Assembly (NCBI GenBank): GCA_964607415.1
Contig: CAZSKK010000002.1
Span: 158,380-222,379, forward strand
Length of the DNA: 64,000 bases
Origin: an uncultured Candidatus Saccharibacteria bacterium
GTDB taxonomy: Bacteria > Patescibacteriota > Dojkabacteria > J137
Reading direction: 5' to 3'
This document shows, one piece after another, positions 50,102-58,236 of the stretch. The notes below the pieces were generated by a model, which was not told the DNA's origin, ran no database searches, and saw only the letters and a program-made list of their open reading frames with translations. Within the stretch, counting starts at the first letter, position 1. Every line of letters begins with the position of its first letter. A program made the position numbers and the translations under genes.

Positions 50102-50125
50102 CATTGTATACAATTTAGCTAAAAT
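50098..50125 (+). promoter_or_regulatory. TA operon promoter with palindromic operator
   Basis: TTGACA-16-TAAAAT with ATTGTATACAAT (50103-50114) in the spacer. Confidence 0.7.
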
Positions 50126-50148
50126 ATACATAATTACAAATTATTTTT

Positions 50149-50538
50149 ATGTATAAAACTAAAGAAGGCAAAGTTTGCGCATCTCTAACAGAGGTAAAAA
50201 ACAGAACTGGTGATATTTTTGACATGGTAGATGAATTTGGCGAAGTAATTTTAACTTCTTACAATAAGGAAAGGTATAAAATTACCAAAATTGATCTTTC
50301 CTCTACACTTGAAATTAAGAGCGAGAGTAAGACTAAGGATGAAAACAGGATCCAAGCCGAAAACACTCCTAAGTACGAACCTACAACTTTTGTAGACAAT
50401 AGCAAAGAAGAAATAAGCTCAGAAGATACCAACGAAATCAATGACGAAAACCTGATCTCTAATGATTTTAAGCTTTGGGATAGAGAAAACAAGCTTGAAA
50501 AAGAGTTTGCTGAAAACGCAAAAAAAGCTCTGCAGTAA
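50149..50538 (+). CDS. Phd/YefM-like antitoxin with acidic disordered tail
   Basis: SLTEVKNRTGDIFDMVDEFGEVILTSYNK Phd pattern; lies upstream of a PIN gene. Confidence 0.7.
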   Translation: MYKTKEGKVCASLTEVKNRTGDIFDMVDEFGEVILTSYNKERYKITKIDLSSTLEIKSESKTKDENRIQAENTPKYEPTTFVDNSKEEISSEDTNEINDENLISNDFKLWDRENKLEKEFAENAKKALQ

Positions 50539-50572
50539 ATCAAACTAATATTATTTTATATTAACTCAAAAA

Positions 50573-50947
50573 ATGAAAGACACAATAATGGTTGACACAG
50601 ACATAATTGTTGAATACTTAAAAACAGGTAAGGGACTATTACCAACAGCGTACGAAAAATATAAAATGGTAATTAGCTCTGTGAACTATATTGAATTACT
50701 TGCCAGCAAGACTTTTACCGATAGCGACCTTGAAAAAGAAGTTTTAGAATTTGTTGAAAAGTATTTTGAAGTTTTGGATGTTAATCAAGAAGTTTCTGAT
50801 TTAGCTGGAAAGCTTTTAAGAGAGAACGATTTAACTCTATCTACAGCCATAATTGCAGCTTCTGCAATAACAAATAAGGTATCACTACTTACAGAATCTA
50901 AGGATAAATATAAAGGGATTGAAAATCTTGAATTTGTGAGTTTGTAG
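50573..50947 (+). CDS. PIN domain (VapC-like) protein
   Basis: VDTDIIVEYL, IS.V...EL..., AIIAASA......LLT. Confidence 0.85.
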   Translation: MKDTIMVDTDIIVEYLKTGKGLLPTAYEKYKMVISSVNYIELLASKTFTDSDLEKEVLEFVEKYFEVLDVNQEVSDLAGKLLRENDLTLSTAIIAASAITNKVSLLTESKDKYKGIENLEFVSL

Positions 50948-50955
50948 AAAGAATT

Positions 50956-51029
50956 TCGGAGAGACAGGACTCGAACCTGCAACCCCACGCTCCCAAAGCG
51001 TGTATTCTAGCCAATTGAACTACTCTCCG
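50956..51029 (-). tRNA. tRNA-Pro(TGG)
   Basis: Reverse complement CGGAGAGTAGTTCAATTGGCTAGAATACACGCTTTGGGAGCGTGGGGTTGCAGGTTCGAGTCCTGTCTCTCCGA. Confidence 0.96.
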
Positions 51030-51249
51030 CTTAGTTGTTCGAAAAGATTTTACCACATAAATACCTATTCTTGTATATATCTTTTAGGTTCAACACTTAC
51101 AAAGATTGCATAAATCATTTTTTTTGGCATTCTTGCAATCATAATTATTTGAATAGCTTGACTAAACTGTGAAACATTTCTCATTATTATATTTAGACTA
51201 AGAAATCCTATAAATAATACGTGATTTTGTTGTTTCCTTTAAACTTATT

Positions 51250-51456
51250 CCAGAGGCATGACTTGGACTGCCAGCTACCATGCGCTTTGGAGCTAACCCC
51301 TTCTTATCATTTGTCCGAATCGCTGCCAGTAAGTAATCGGACGCAGTTAGTTCTAATGTAACCAACAATATACCTTCTTTTAATCTCAAGCTTTTTAAAC
51401 AAATTGCCACTTCCCCACTTTGAAAATTTAGGCGCCTAAAATCTCAATCCAAAGGC
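51250..51456 (-). ncRNA. Unassigned structured RNA candidate
   Basis: TATACT just upstream on the minus strand; 5' CTTTGGA pairs with TCCAAAG about 170 nt later; stems TTGAGATTTTAGG/CCTAAATTTTCAA, CTAAC/GTTAG, GTCCGA/TCGGAC, GCATG/CATGC. Confidence 0.4.
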
Positions 51457-51553
51457 TATCAAGTATAACTAACATTTGCAAGAAAAGGTTTGAGATTAAA
51501 AGCGACAATTTATCATAAAGTATTAAAAATAAGCACAGGCCGAAAATTACTAC

Positions 51554-51590
51554 TTGCGCATTGTATGCATACATGTGTATAATATACACA
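51554..51590 (+). promoter_or_regulatory. Promoter of NDT-RHH paralog 2 overlapped by tandem palindromes
   Basis: TTGCGC-18-TATAAT(51578); TGTATGCATACA (51562-51573) and TGTGTAT-AAT-ATACACA (51574-51590). Confidence 0.7.
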
Positions 51591-51615
51591 ATTAAGTTAT
51601 TATACCCAACTACAA

Positions 51616-52200
51616 ATGAAAATACTTTACATTTGCTCTATTGACCAATTTAAAACAAACAGAGAAAGGTACAACCTTATTCGCAGAATATTGCTAGCCA
51701 CCGGGCACGAGCTTACCTTTGATTGGCTTACAAAAATAGAAAATAACCTTGGGCAGTACTCTAAACTAAACCTTTCCAGACTTTTCGACAGCACTATAGC
51801 AGCCATAAAAGAATCTGATGCAGTTGTCATAGAAGGCACTATACCAAGCTTTGAGGCAGGATTCATTGCTAATTTCGCAGCTAAAAATCGTAAGTCAGTG
51901 TTGATTTTAATAGAAGGAAATGAAGGGGTTGATTTTTCAAGCTTAAATATAATTGAAACCGAACACATTTTTATAAAAAACTATAACAAGGAAAATATTG
52001 AAAACCTACTTTCAGAATTTTTAAAAGATAACGCTGGAGAACCTTCTTATAGATTTAATATAATCCTTGGCAGAAGGCAGAAGAACTACTTAAACTGGGC
52101 TGATAGATTTTACAGAAAAAGCAAATCGGAACTGATCAGGGAGATAATTGATGATAAGGCAAATAATGACGTGAACTATCTACGTATTGGAGGTAAATGA
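51616..52200 (+). CDS. NDT/DNPH1-like domain + ribbon-helix-helix fusion (paralog 2, catalytic Glu absent)
   Basis: IKESDAVVIEGTIPSFEAGFIANFAAKNRKSVLIL; YRFNIILGRRQKNYL.WA.....SKSELIREIIDD RHH. Confidence 0.8.
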   Translation: MKILYICSIDQFKTNRERYNLIRRILLATGHELTFDWLTKIENNLGQYSKLNLSRLFDSTIAAIKESDAVVIEGTIPSFEAGFIANFAAKNRKSVLILIEGNEGVDFSSLNIIETEHIFIKNYNKENIENLLSEFLKDNAGEPSYRFNIILGRRQKNYLNWADRFYRKSKSELIREIIDDKANNDVNYLRIGGK

Positions 52201-52276
52201 TACGATTTGAAAGGGAATTTTCGTAACAATATATAAGCTTAGTTGATTATTTGTGCAGTTTACAAGGTCATTCTTT

Positions 52277-52350
52277 TGTCATCCTGAGGGAAATCGAAGG
52301 ATAGACAAAATACTTAGCAGATGTATGGTTCGAGTTCCCTCACCATGACA
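52277..52350. repeat. 74-bp REP-like inverted-repeat element
   Basis: Left TGTCATCCTGAGGGAAATCGAAGG; right end reverse-complemented TGTCATGGTGAGGGAACTCGAACC. Confidence 0.75.
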
Positions 52351-52425
52351 TCTGATGATAAATCCCGAGCTCCCATAAAATTCTCAGCAACTAGCTATTA
52401 GCTCTTCACCAGCATGCTTTTTTGC

Positions 52426-53100
52426 TCACTTCCTGTTCTCAGCTTTCCACTTTTTAACTTCTGCATGATCACCCGAAAGAAGAATTTCAGGTATTCCCCA
52501 CTCTTCTCCTTCATCCGTTTTGAATACTGCAGGTCTTGTGTATTGGGGATATTCAAAAAGTGTATGATCTTCATTAAAACTAGTTTCTTCTATTAATGAT
52601 TCTTCGTTTCCAAGAACACCTGGAATTAATCTTGTGATTGAATCTACAAGTATCATGGAAGCTAGTTCGCCTCCTGACAAAATATATTCCCCTACGCTAA
52701 CTTCACTATCAATCAAGTGCTCTACAACTCTATGATCTATCCCTTCGTATCTACCACATATGATTACTATACGTTCTAAATCCTGTGATGAATTTTGAGC
52801 AATAGTTTGATTCCACTTAATACCTTTAGCACTAGTTAAATACACTTTTGTTTTGGGATCTCTGCTTGGATAAACTCCTAATTCTTTTAGAGCTTTATAA
52901 ATAGGCTCAATCTTAATCAACATCCCAGCTCCACCACTGAAAGGCTTATCATCAACTGTACGTCTTTTGTCTGTTGTCCACCTTCTTAAATCATGAATAT
53001 GGATGTCAATCTTTTTTGCATCAGCGGCTCTTTTAATAATACTATGGTTTAAGTATTCAAAAGAATCTGGAAGTACTGTTATAATATCAAACTTAATCAT
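52426..53100 (-). CDS. trmD: tRNA (guanine-N1)-methyltransferase
   Basis: VDDKPFSGGAGM, CGRYEGID.R, GEYILSGGE, EYPQYTRP, LLSGDH. Confidence 0.96.
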   Translation of the reverse strand: MIKFDIITVLPDSFEYLNHSIIKRAADAKKIDIHIHDLRRWTTDKRRTVDDKPFSGGAGMLIKIEPIYKALKELGVYPSRDPKTKVYLTSAKGIKWNQTIAQNSSQDLERIVIICGRYEGIDHRVVEHLIDSEVSVGEYILSGGELASMILVDSITRLIPGVLGNEESLIEETSFNEDHTLFEYPQYTRPAVFKTDEGEEWGIPEILLSGDHAEVKKWKAENRK

Positions 53101-53117
53101 AGGCTAATTATATAACA

Positions 53118-53534
53118 ATGCAGTTATTTCCAGAACAACAAAATTCAACTACATGGGAAGGTGATAACTTCGATCACTTTACAGAAGTTATGACAGGAAA
53201 CAATACCATTGTCAGAGAAAATATTGGCATACAAAGAAACGTAGAAGAAGTCCCCATTGATTCTTCATTTATACCTTCACATATTAAGCGCTACTTAGGG
53301 TTTAATGAAATCTACCTGACTTATATTGGTAACTCAAATTTGTGCGCTAGAGTCACATTTGACAGATCTGAAAGGATAGAAAAATTTAACGTTAAAGTTG
53401 GCCAAATACTCCAGATGGAAATACCGATAATTGACGAGGTTGAAATAAATGTTAGCAAAATAATGCTATTTAGAATTCACGAGGTCTTTGATAATTTTAT
53501 AATAATCGGTCCTTTGAATGGCATGGGTTTTTAA
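53118..53534 (+). CDS. Hypothetical protein
   Basis: 138 aa ORF filling the gap between trmD and the amidase. Confidence 0.5.
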   Translation: MQLFPEQQNSTTWEGDNFDHFTEVMTGNNTIVRENIGIQRNVEEVPIDSSFIPSHIKRYLGFNEIYLTYIGNSNLCARVTFDRSERIEKFNVKVGQILQMEIPIIDEVEINVSKIMLFRIHEVFDNFIIIGPLNGMGF

Positions 53535-54229
53535 TTTAAGAGTTTGTTTTTCCATCCATTCTCAACCAAGAATTTATTGCCTGGACATGAAGTACTTTCT
53601 TTGATTTCCCCATGACCTAAAACCTGTGTGGGATTATACTTAGAAATTAGCTTTTTTGCAGACACCATAGCATGTGCGGAGGGCTCTGAATTTTCGAGAT
53701 CAGCTAGAAAACAAATTGCAATACTTTTTTTATTGTATTGCCAATTCCCGCAATGCCAGCCTATATATTCATCTTTTAAAAGCTGTTCATATCTACCATC
53801 GGGCCAAATTAAATAATGGTAGCCAAAAAATACCAACCTGTTTTTCCAAAAATGATTAGACCATAAAGCTTGACCATAATACTCTCTTTTTTCATTCCTA
53901 AACTCTGGTACATAAAGCCTTAGTAAATGTAGCGCATTTAAATAGCTAATTGGATTAGCTGCTGCTGCAGTTGAATCACCGGTATGATGAATTACAATGG
54001 TATCGATAACTTCTCTTTCTTCGTCAAAATTAGGCCCTTCTTGCGATAGTGACACATTGTCATCCTCCAATAGATCCCCAATCTTACTAATAAATTGCCT
54101 TCTTTTATTTTTGATTTCTTCAGAATCATGATCTGGATTCACAAATAGTTCCTGCTTAATCGCATTGAATTCATCACTTAAATACCATATAGGATCGGCT
54201 TTGATTTTTGTGAAAAAAGATTCAAACAT
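53531..54229 (-). CDS. Amidase_2 (PGRP/T7 lysozyme/AmpD-like) N-acetylmuramoyl-L-alanine amidase
   Basis: IVIHHT, GYHYLI..DG, GWHC...N..SIAIC, GH.E....CPG Zn ligands. Confidence 0.9.
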   Translation of the reverse strand: MFESFFTKIKADPIWYLSDEFNAIKQELFVNPDHDSEEIKNKRRQFISKIGDLLEDDNVSLSQEGPNFDEEREVIDTIVIHHTGDSTAAAANPISYLNALHLLRLYVPEFRNEKREYYGQALWSNHFWKNRLVFFGYHYLIWPDGRYEQLLKDEYIGWHCGNWQYNKKSIAICFLADLENSEPSAHAMVSAKKLISKYNPTQVLGHGEIKESTSCPGNKFLVENGWKNKLLN

Positions 54230-54261
54230 GGATTAAGAATCAAGAATTAAGTTAATGTCCG

Positions 54262-54721
54262 TTAAAGATTTTTTTCTAAAACAATTTCATGTATAGAAAA
54301 ACCTTTTGATTTATAAAACTCAATCGCTTTTTCATTTTGATATAGCACCAACTCTTAATATTTTGGCACCTATATCTTTTGCCCATTTTTCAAATTCTTT
54401 AACTAGCTGCGATCCTAATTGTATACCTCTAAAACCTTCTTCAACGTACATATTATCAAGCTCCGCAACAAGTTTTCCCTCTCTTGCAGAGTTGCTATAG
54501 CTAACCCCAGCAAGATAACCAACTATTTCACTTTCTTCTTCTGCAACAAAACAGATCCCATTATTTTTATTGATTACTCTTTTAAAGTAGTTCGTTCCTA
54601 TTTCTGAAAAGCTCCATTCTAATGAGTAAGAATCGCCAAACAGCTTTTCAAACTCAAAGAGTTTTAAGTTTAGTCTTTGAATTGATTCCAAATCTTTTAC
54701 TGTGGCTTGTCTTATGCCCAT
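54262..54721 (-). pseudogene. Frameshifted GNAT acetyltransferase
   Basis: Motif A (YV...FRG..LGSQL) intact; premature TGA at 54334-54332; another frame supplies the expected tail QNEKAIEFYKSKGFSIHEIVLEKNL* ending at 54262. Confidence 0.8.
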
Positions 54722-54785
54722 ACTTTAAGATGCTGCTTTTACGGATATTTCTTTTGAAAATTATTTAGATTGTTAACTGTAAATT

Positions 54786-54811
54786 AGATCCTGAATCAAG
54801 TTCAGGATGAC
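54786..54811. repeat. REP-like hairpin AGATCCTGAATCAAGTTCAGGATGAC
   Basis: ATCCTGAA/TTCAGGAT stem with an ATGAC tail, same end motif as 52345-52350 and 13223-13228. Confidence 0.6.
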
Positions 54812-54855
54812 GCCTAACCGACACATACCTCTTTGTGCGTCGTGTGTCGAACTTC

Positions 54856-57030
54856 CTACGTCAAGCGCTCTAATTTAGCATATTCAAGCATAAGTTCTTT
54901 AACACCATAAACTGCTCCAAAATCAATTTCTACAAACTCATCGTCCATTCGAATTATTTTTCCTATTCCAAAGTAGTTGTGCTTAACTCTGTCTCCTACA
55001 GATAAATCTAAATCATTTTTCCATTCTGATACAACTTCATCCCAGTTGTTATCGAAGTAATTACTGGATGCACTCGTTCCTTCAAACTCAAGAAATTTAT
55101 CCTCAATATCGTTTATAAATCTGGAGACAGGGTTTGACTGTATGCTTCCAAAATAAAGCCGTGTTGTTGCATGGGTTAAAAATAACTTTTCTTTTGCTCT
55201 GGTTATTGCAACGTAAGCAAGCCTTCTTTCCTCTTCTAATTCTTTCTGATCCAAAATAGAGTTAGAATGAGGAAATAGATTTTCTTCAACACCAACAACA
55301 AATACATATTTAAACTCAAGTCCTTTTGCTGCATGAATTGTCATTAGCGTTACAGTTTCTTTTACCTGTTCTGTTCTTTCTTCCGCCTCTTGAAGTAATG
55401 ATACTTCATCTAAAAACATTTCCAAGCCAATCAAAGGTTCCTCCCCTTCATACCTTGATGCCACACTAACAAGCTCTTTTAAGTTTTCAATTCTAGACTC
55501 ATTTTCTAACGTTCCGTCACTTAAAAATTTTATATATCCGGTTCTCTCAAGTACGTAGTTTATAAGTTCAACTACATTTAAAGTTTTAGATTTATTAATT
55601 AAATCATTAACAATTGCCGCAAACTCTTTTATGCCCGAGTTTAACAAATCTGCCTGATAAGCTTTCAGCAAAAACTCCATTGGACTTAATGAACTTTCAG
55701 TGGCCTTAGCATTCAAATCAGCTAAAGTTTTGTCTCCAATTCCTCGCTTGGGAACGTTAATTATCCTTTCTAAATTTTTGTTGTCCCTAGGATTGTATAT
55801 CAATCTTAAATAAGAGATTATGTCTTTAATTTCTTTACGTTCATAAAACTTAAAACCTCCAACAATTTTGTATGGGATTGCAGATTGTAAAAAAGCCTCT
55901 TCTAAACTTCTGGATTGTGCATTAGTTCTATATAAAATTGCAATATCAGAAAGAGGGCAGTTTTTTGATATTTCAGTAATTTTGTCTGTAACCCACTTTG
56001 CTTCGTCTACTTCGTTTCTTGCAGTGTAAACGGTAATATTCTCGCCTTCAAGATTGTCTGTCCATAATTTCTTATCTTTCCTACTTTTATTTTTACTAAT
56101 AACGTTATACGAAGCTTCTAAGATTTTCTTTGTGGATCTGTAATTTTGTTCTAATTTTATAATTTCACAATCGGGATAATCTTTTTCGAAGTTTAGAATG
56201 TTTTTAATTGTAGCCCCCCTAAATGCGTAAATGCTCTGGTCGTCATCTCCAACACAGCAAATATTTTTATGTAGGTTTGCCAACATACTAATTAAAATAT
56301 ACTGTGCATGATTTGTGTCCTGGTACTCATCCACCAGAATATATTTAAATCTTTCCTGATATTTTTTCAGAACTTCGGGATTTTCTTTAAAGAGTTTTAC
56401 TGTGAACATTATCAAGTCGTCAAAGTCACAAGCATTATTTTGCTTTAAAATTTTTTGATACTCCGGGTAAACTTGTGCAACAATTCCTTGAAAATATCCA
56501 GACGCAAAACTTTCGTAAGCTTCAGAATCAATCAGTTCATTTTTGGCAGAAGAAATATAGTTTTTAATTGCCCTCGGATTAAATTCTTTTGTTGAGATAT
56601 TTAAATTTTTCATTGCCTCTTTTATTGCAACATCTTGATCTGAAGAATCATATATCGAAAAATTCCTTCCTAGCCCAATCAACTCTCCTTCTCGCTTTAA
56701 AATTTTTACACAAATGGAATGAAACGTTCCCATCCATAAGAAGCCTCCAGTTACCTGCTTTCTGCTATCTGCTTGACCTTCAGCTGATAGCTGATGGCTG
56801 TCAGGTGTTAACTTTTCTATTCGTTCTCGCATTTCTGCTGCCGCTTTATTAGTAAAAGTCATTGCTAAAATATTTTGTGGAGATGCAAGACCTGTATCAA
56901 CAATATATGCGATTCTATATGTTAAAGCCTTGGTTTTTCCCGAACCTGCTCCTGCAAGAACCAAAACTGCACCTTCAGTGGTTTCAACTGCTTTTCTTTG
57001 TTGTATATTTAGTACCGAAAGATCCAACAT
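54856..57030 (-). CDS. pcrA: ATP-dependent DNA helicase PcrA/UvrD
   Basis: AGAGSGKT, TFTNKAA.EM, DEYQDTN, GDDDQSIY.FRGA, QNYRS, HAAKGLEF, EERRLAYVAITRA. Confidence 0.96.
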   Translation of the reverse strand: MLDLSVLNIQQRKAVETTEGAVLVLAGAGSGKTKALTYRIAYIVDTGLASPQNILAMTFTNKAAAEMRERIEKLTPDSHQLSAEGQADSRKQVTGGFLWMGTFHSICVKILKREGELIGLGRNFSIYDSSDQDVAIKEAMKNLNISTKEFNPRAIKNYISSAKNELIDSEAYESFASGYFQGIVAQVYPEYQKILKQNNACDFDDLIMFTVKLFKENPEVLKKYQERFKYILVDEYQDTNHAQYILISMLANLHKNICCVGDDDQSIYAFRGATIKNILNFEKDYPDCEIIKLEQNYRSTKKILEASYNVISKNKSRKDKKLWTDNLEGENITVYTARNEVDEAKWVTDKITEISKNCPLSDIAILYRTNAQSRSLEEAFLQSAIPYKIVGGFKFYERKEIKDIISYLRLIYNPRDNKNLERIINVPKRGIGDKTLADLNAKATESSLSPMEFLLKAYQADLLNSGIKEFAAIVNDLINKSKTLNVVELINYVLERTGYIKFLSDGTLENESRIENLKELVSVASRYEGEEPLIGLEMFLDEVSLLQEAEERTEQVKETVTLMTIHAAKGLEFKYVFVVGVEENLFPHSNSILDQKELEEERRLAYVAITRAKEKLFLTHATTRLYFGSIQSNPVSRFINDIEDKFLEFEGTSASSNYFDNNWDEVVSEWKNDLDLSVGDRVKHNYFGIGKIIRMDDEFVEIDFGAVYGVKELMLEYAKLERLT

Positions 57031-57136
57031 AATAGTAAGTAGCTTATGGAAAATGATTTTGCAATTTTCGCAACTATTTGCGATCGCCTTTCAACGGTCA
57101 ACTAATATTTTAACAGGTTTAGCTGGGGGATTTATA

Positions 57137-57514
57137 TCACAATTTTTTTATTGCAGCATTGTATTTGGATACAAAATTTAGAGATTCTGCAAAAAATTCT
57201 CTGTTCCACTCTGTAAGTCTTTTTTGATCCCTAAACTCCACAAAAACTACAAACTCCTTTAAATATTTTACAAGCTTGTCTGTACAACTAGAATATCTAT
57301 TAGGAACAAATTGAAAAGGAGAAACTCCAGTTATTTTAAATTTATTTGGCGATTGCTCTTCCAAATTTATAAATGAAGATTGAATTTCTGAGCTTAATGA
57401 ATCTGGAGCATTGCTCATGATATCCATCCAAAAAAGCCAAACCCTATTCTCCTTATCTCGTCTTATTTTAAAGTCATTATATTCATCTTCTATAACAAAG
57501 ATCATTTTTTGCAT
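57137..57514 (-). CDS. Hypothetical protein
   Basis: 125 aa ORF. Confidence 0.55.
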   Translation of the reverse strand: MQKMIFVIEDEYNDFKIRRDKENRVWLFWMDIMSNAPDSLSSEIQSSFINLEEQSPNKFKITGVSPFQFVPNRYSSCTDKLVKYLKEFVVFVEFRDQKRLTEWNREFFAESLNFVSKYNAAIKKL

Positions 57515-57645
57515 AATTTTTCAATAACTATGATAGATTATATATCACGATTATAAAATTTACAAGACAAGAATAGTCCAAAACCCTTAGCAGGATTAAT
57601 TTAGACAGCAAAATTTGGCAGCAAATTTTATATTTATTAGAATTT

Positions 57646-58236
57646 TTACAAAGATCGCGTGATATCTTCGTTGATAATTCCCCTAACAGTGGCATTAAAA
57701 GAAGATTTTTTATCAATTCGTTGTCGTTTTTGAATATGGTCCACCTGCTCTTGAGTAAATTCTATAGGAATCCTTTTCACGAAAATGCCTTTCTGAGCTT
57801 TTTTCAAAAAACTTTCAATTCTTTCTTTTAAATTATATTTATTATACTTATAAATAGTTAGTAGTTTTGACGGATTGCCTCTAAGGGGAGCTCCGGGGAC
57901 AGTTTTTACTTTATCGGACCTCAAAACTAGCACTGGCTTATCATTAGCAACTGCATAACCTATCTCATACCCAACAGCTGAGCTCGGATGACTTAGTTCT
58001 GCAATAAATATATCTGCTTCTTTTATTTTTTTTTGAACTGAAACATAGTAATCTGTAATCTTTTCCTTGCTAAATCCGTGTGCTTCCTCAATACCTATAT
58101 TATTGACATCATCCCAAACGATAAAACCTAAGTCTCTTAGGATTGAAGCAATTTGTTCAAAGTATTTACCATATTGCTCTTTAGCTGCCAGCGAAGCTAC
58201 AAAGTATACCTTTTTTTTGTTAAAGCTCTTTTCCAT
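57646..58236 (-). CDS. NDT/DNPH1-like domain + ribbon-helix-helix fusion (paralog 3)
   Basis: KVYFVAS; IKEADIFIAELSHPSSAVGYEIGYAVANDKPVLVL; KRIPIEFTQEQVDHI.......SSFNATVRGIINED RHH. Confidence 0.85.
   Translation of the reverse strand: MEKSFNKKKVYFVASLAAKEQYGKYFEQIASILRDLGFIVWDDVNNIGIEEAHGFSKEKITDYYVSVQKKIKEADIFIAELSHPSSAVGYEIGYAVANDKPVLVLRSDKVKTVPGAPLRGNPSKLLTIYKYNKYNLKERIESFLKKAQKGIFVKRIPIEFTQEQVDHIQKRQRIDKKSSFNATVRGIINEDITRSL

Noticed and set aside
51198-51410. 70 aa ORF
   Set aside because: No motif; the region is better explained by nucleotide secondary structure
50149-52350. Integrated element or prophage at tRNA-Pro
   Set aside because: A TA pair lies at the tRNA 3' side, but I found no integrase and no duplicated tRNA 3' end
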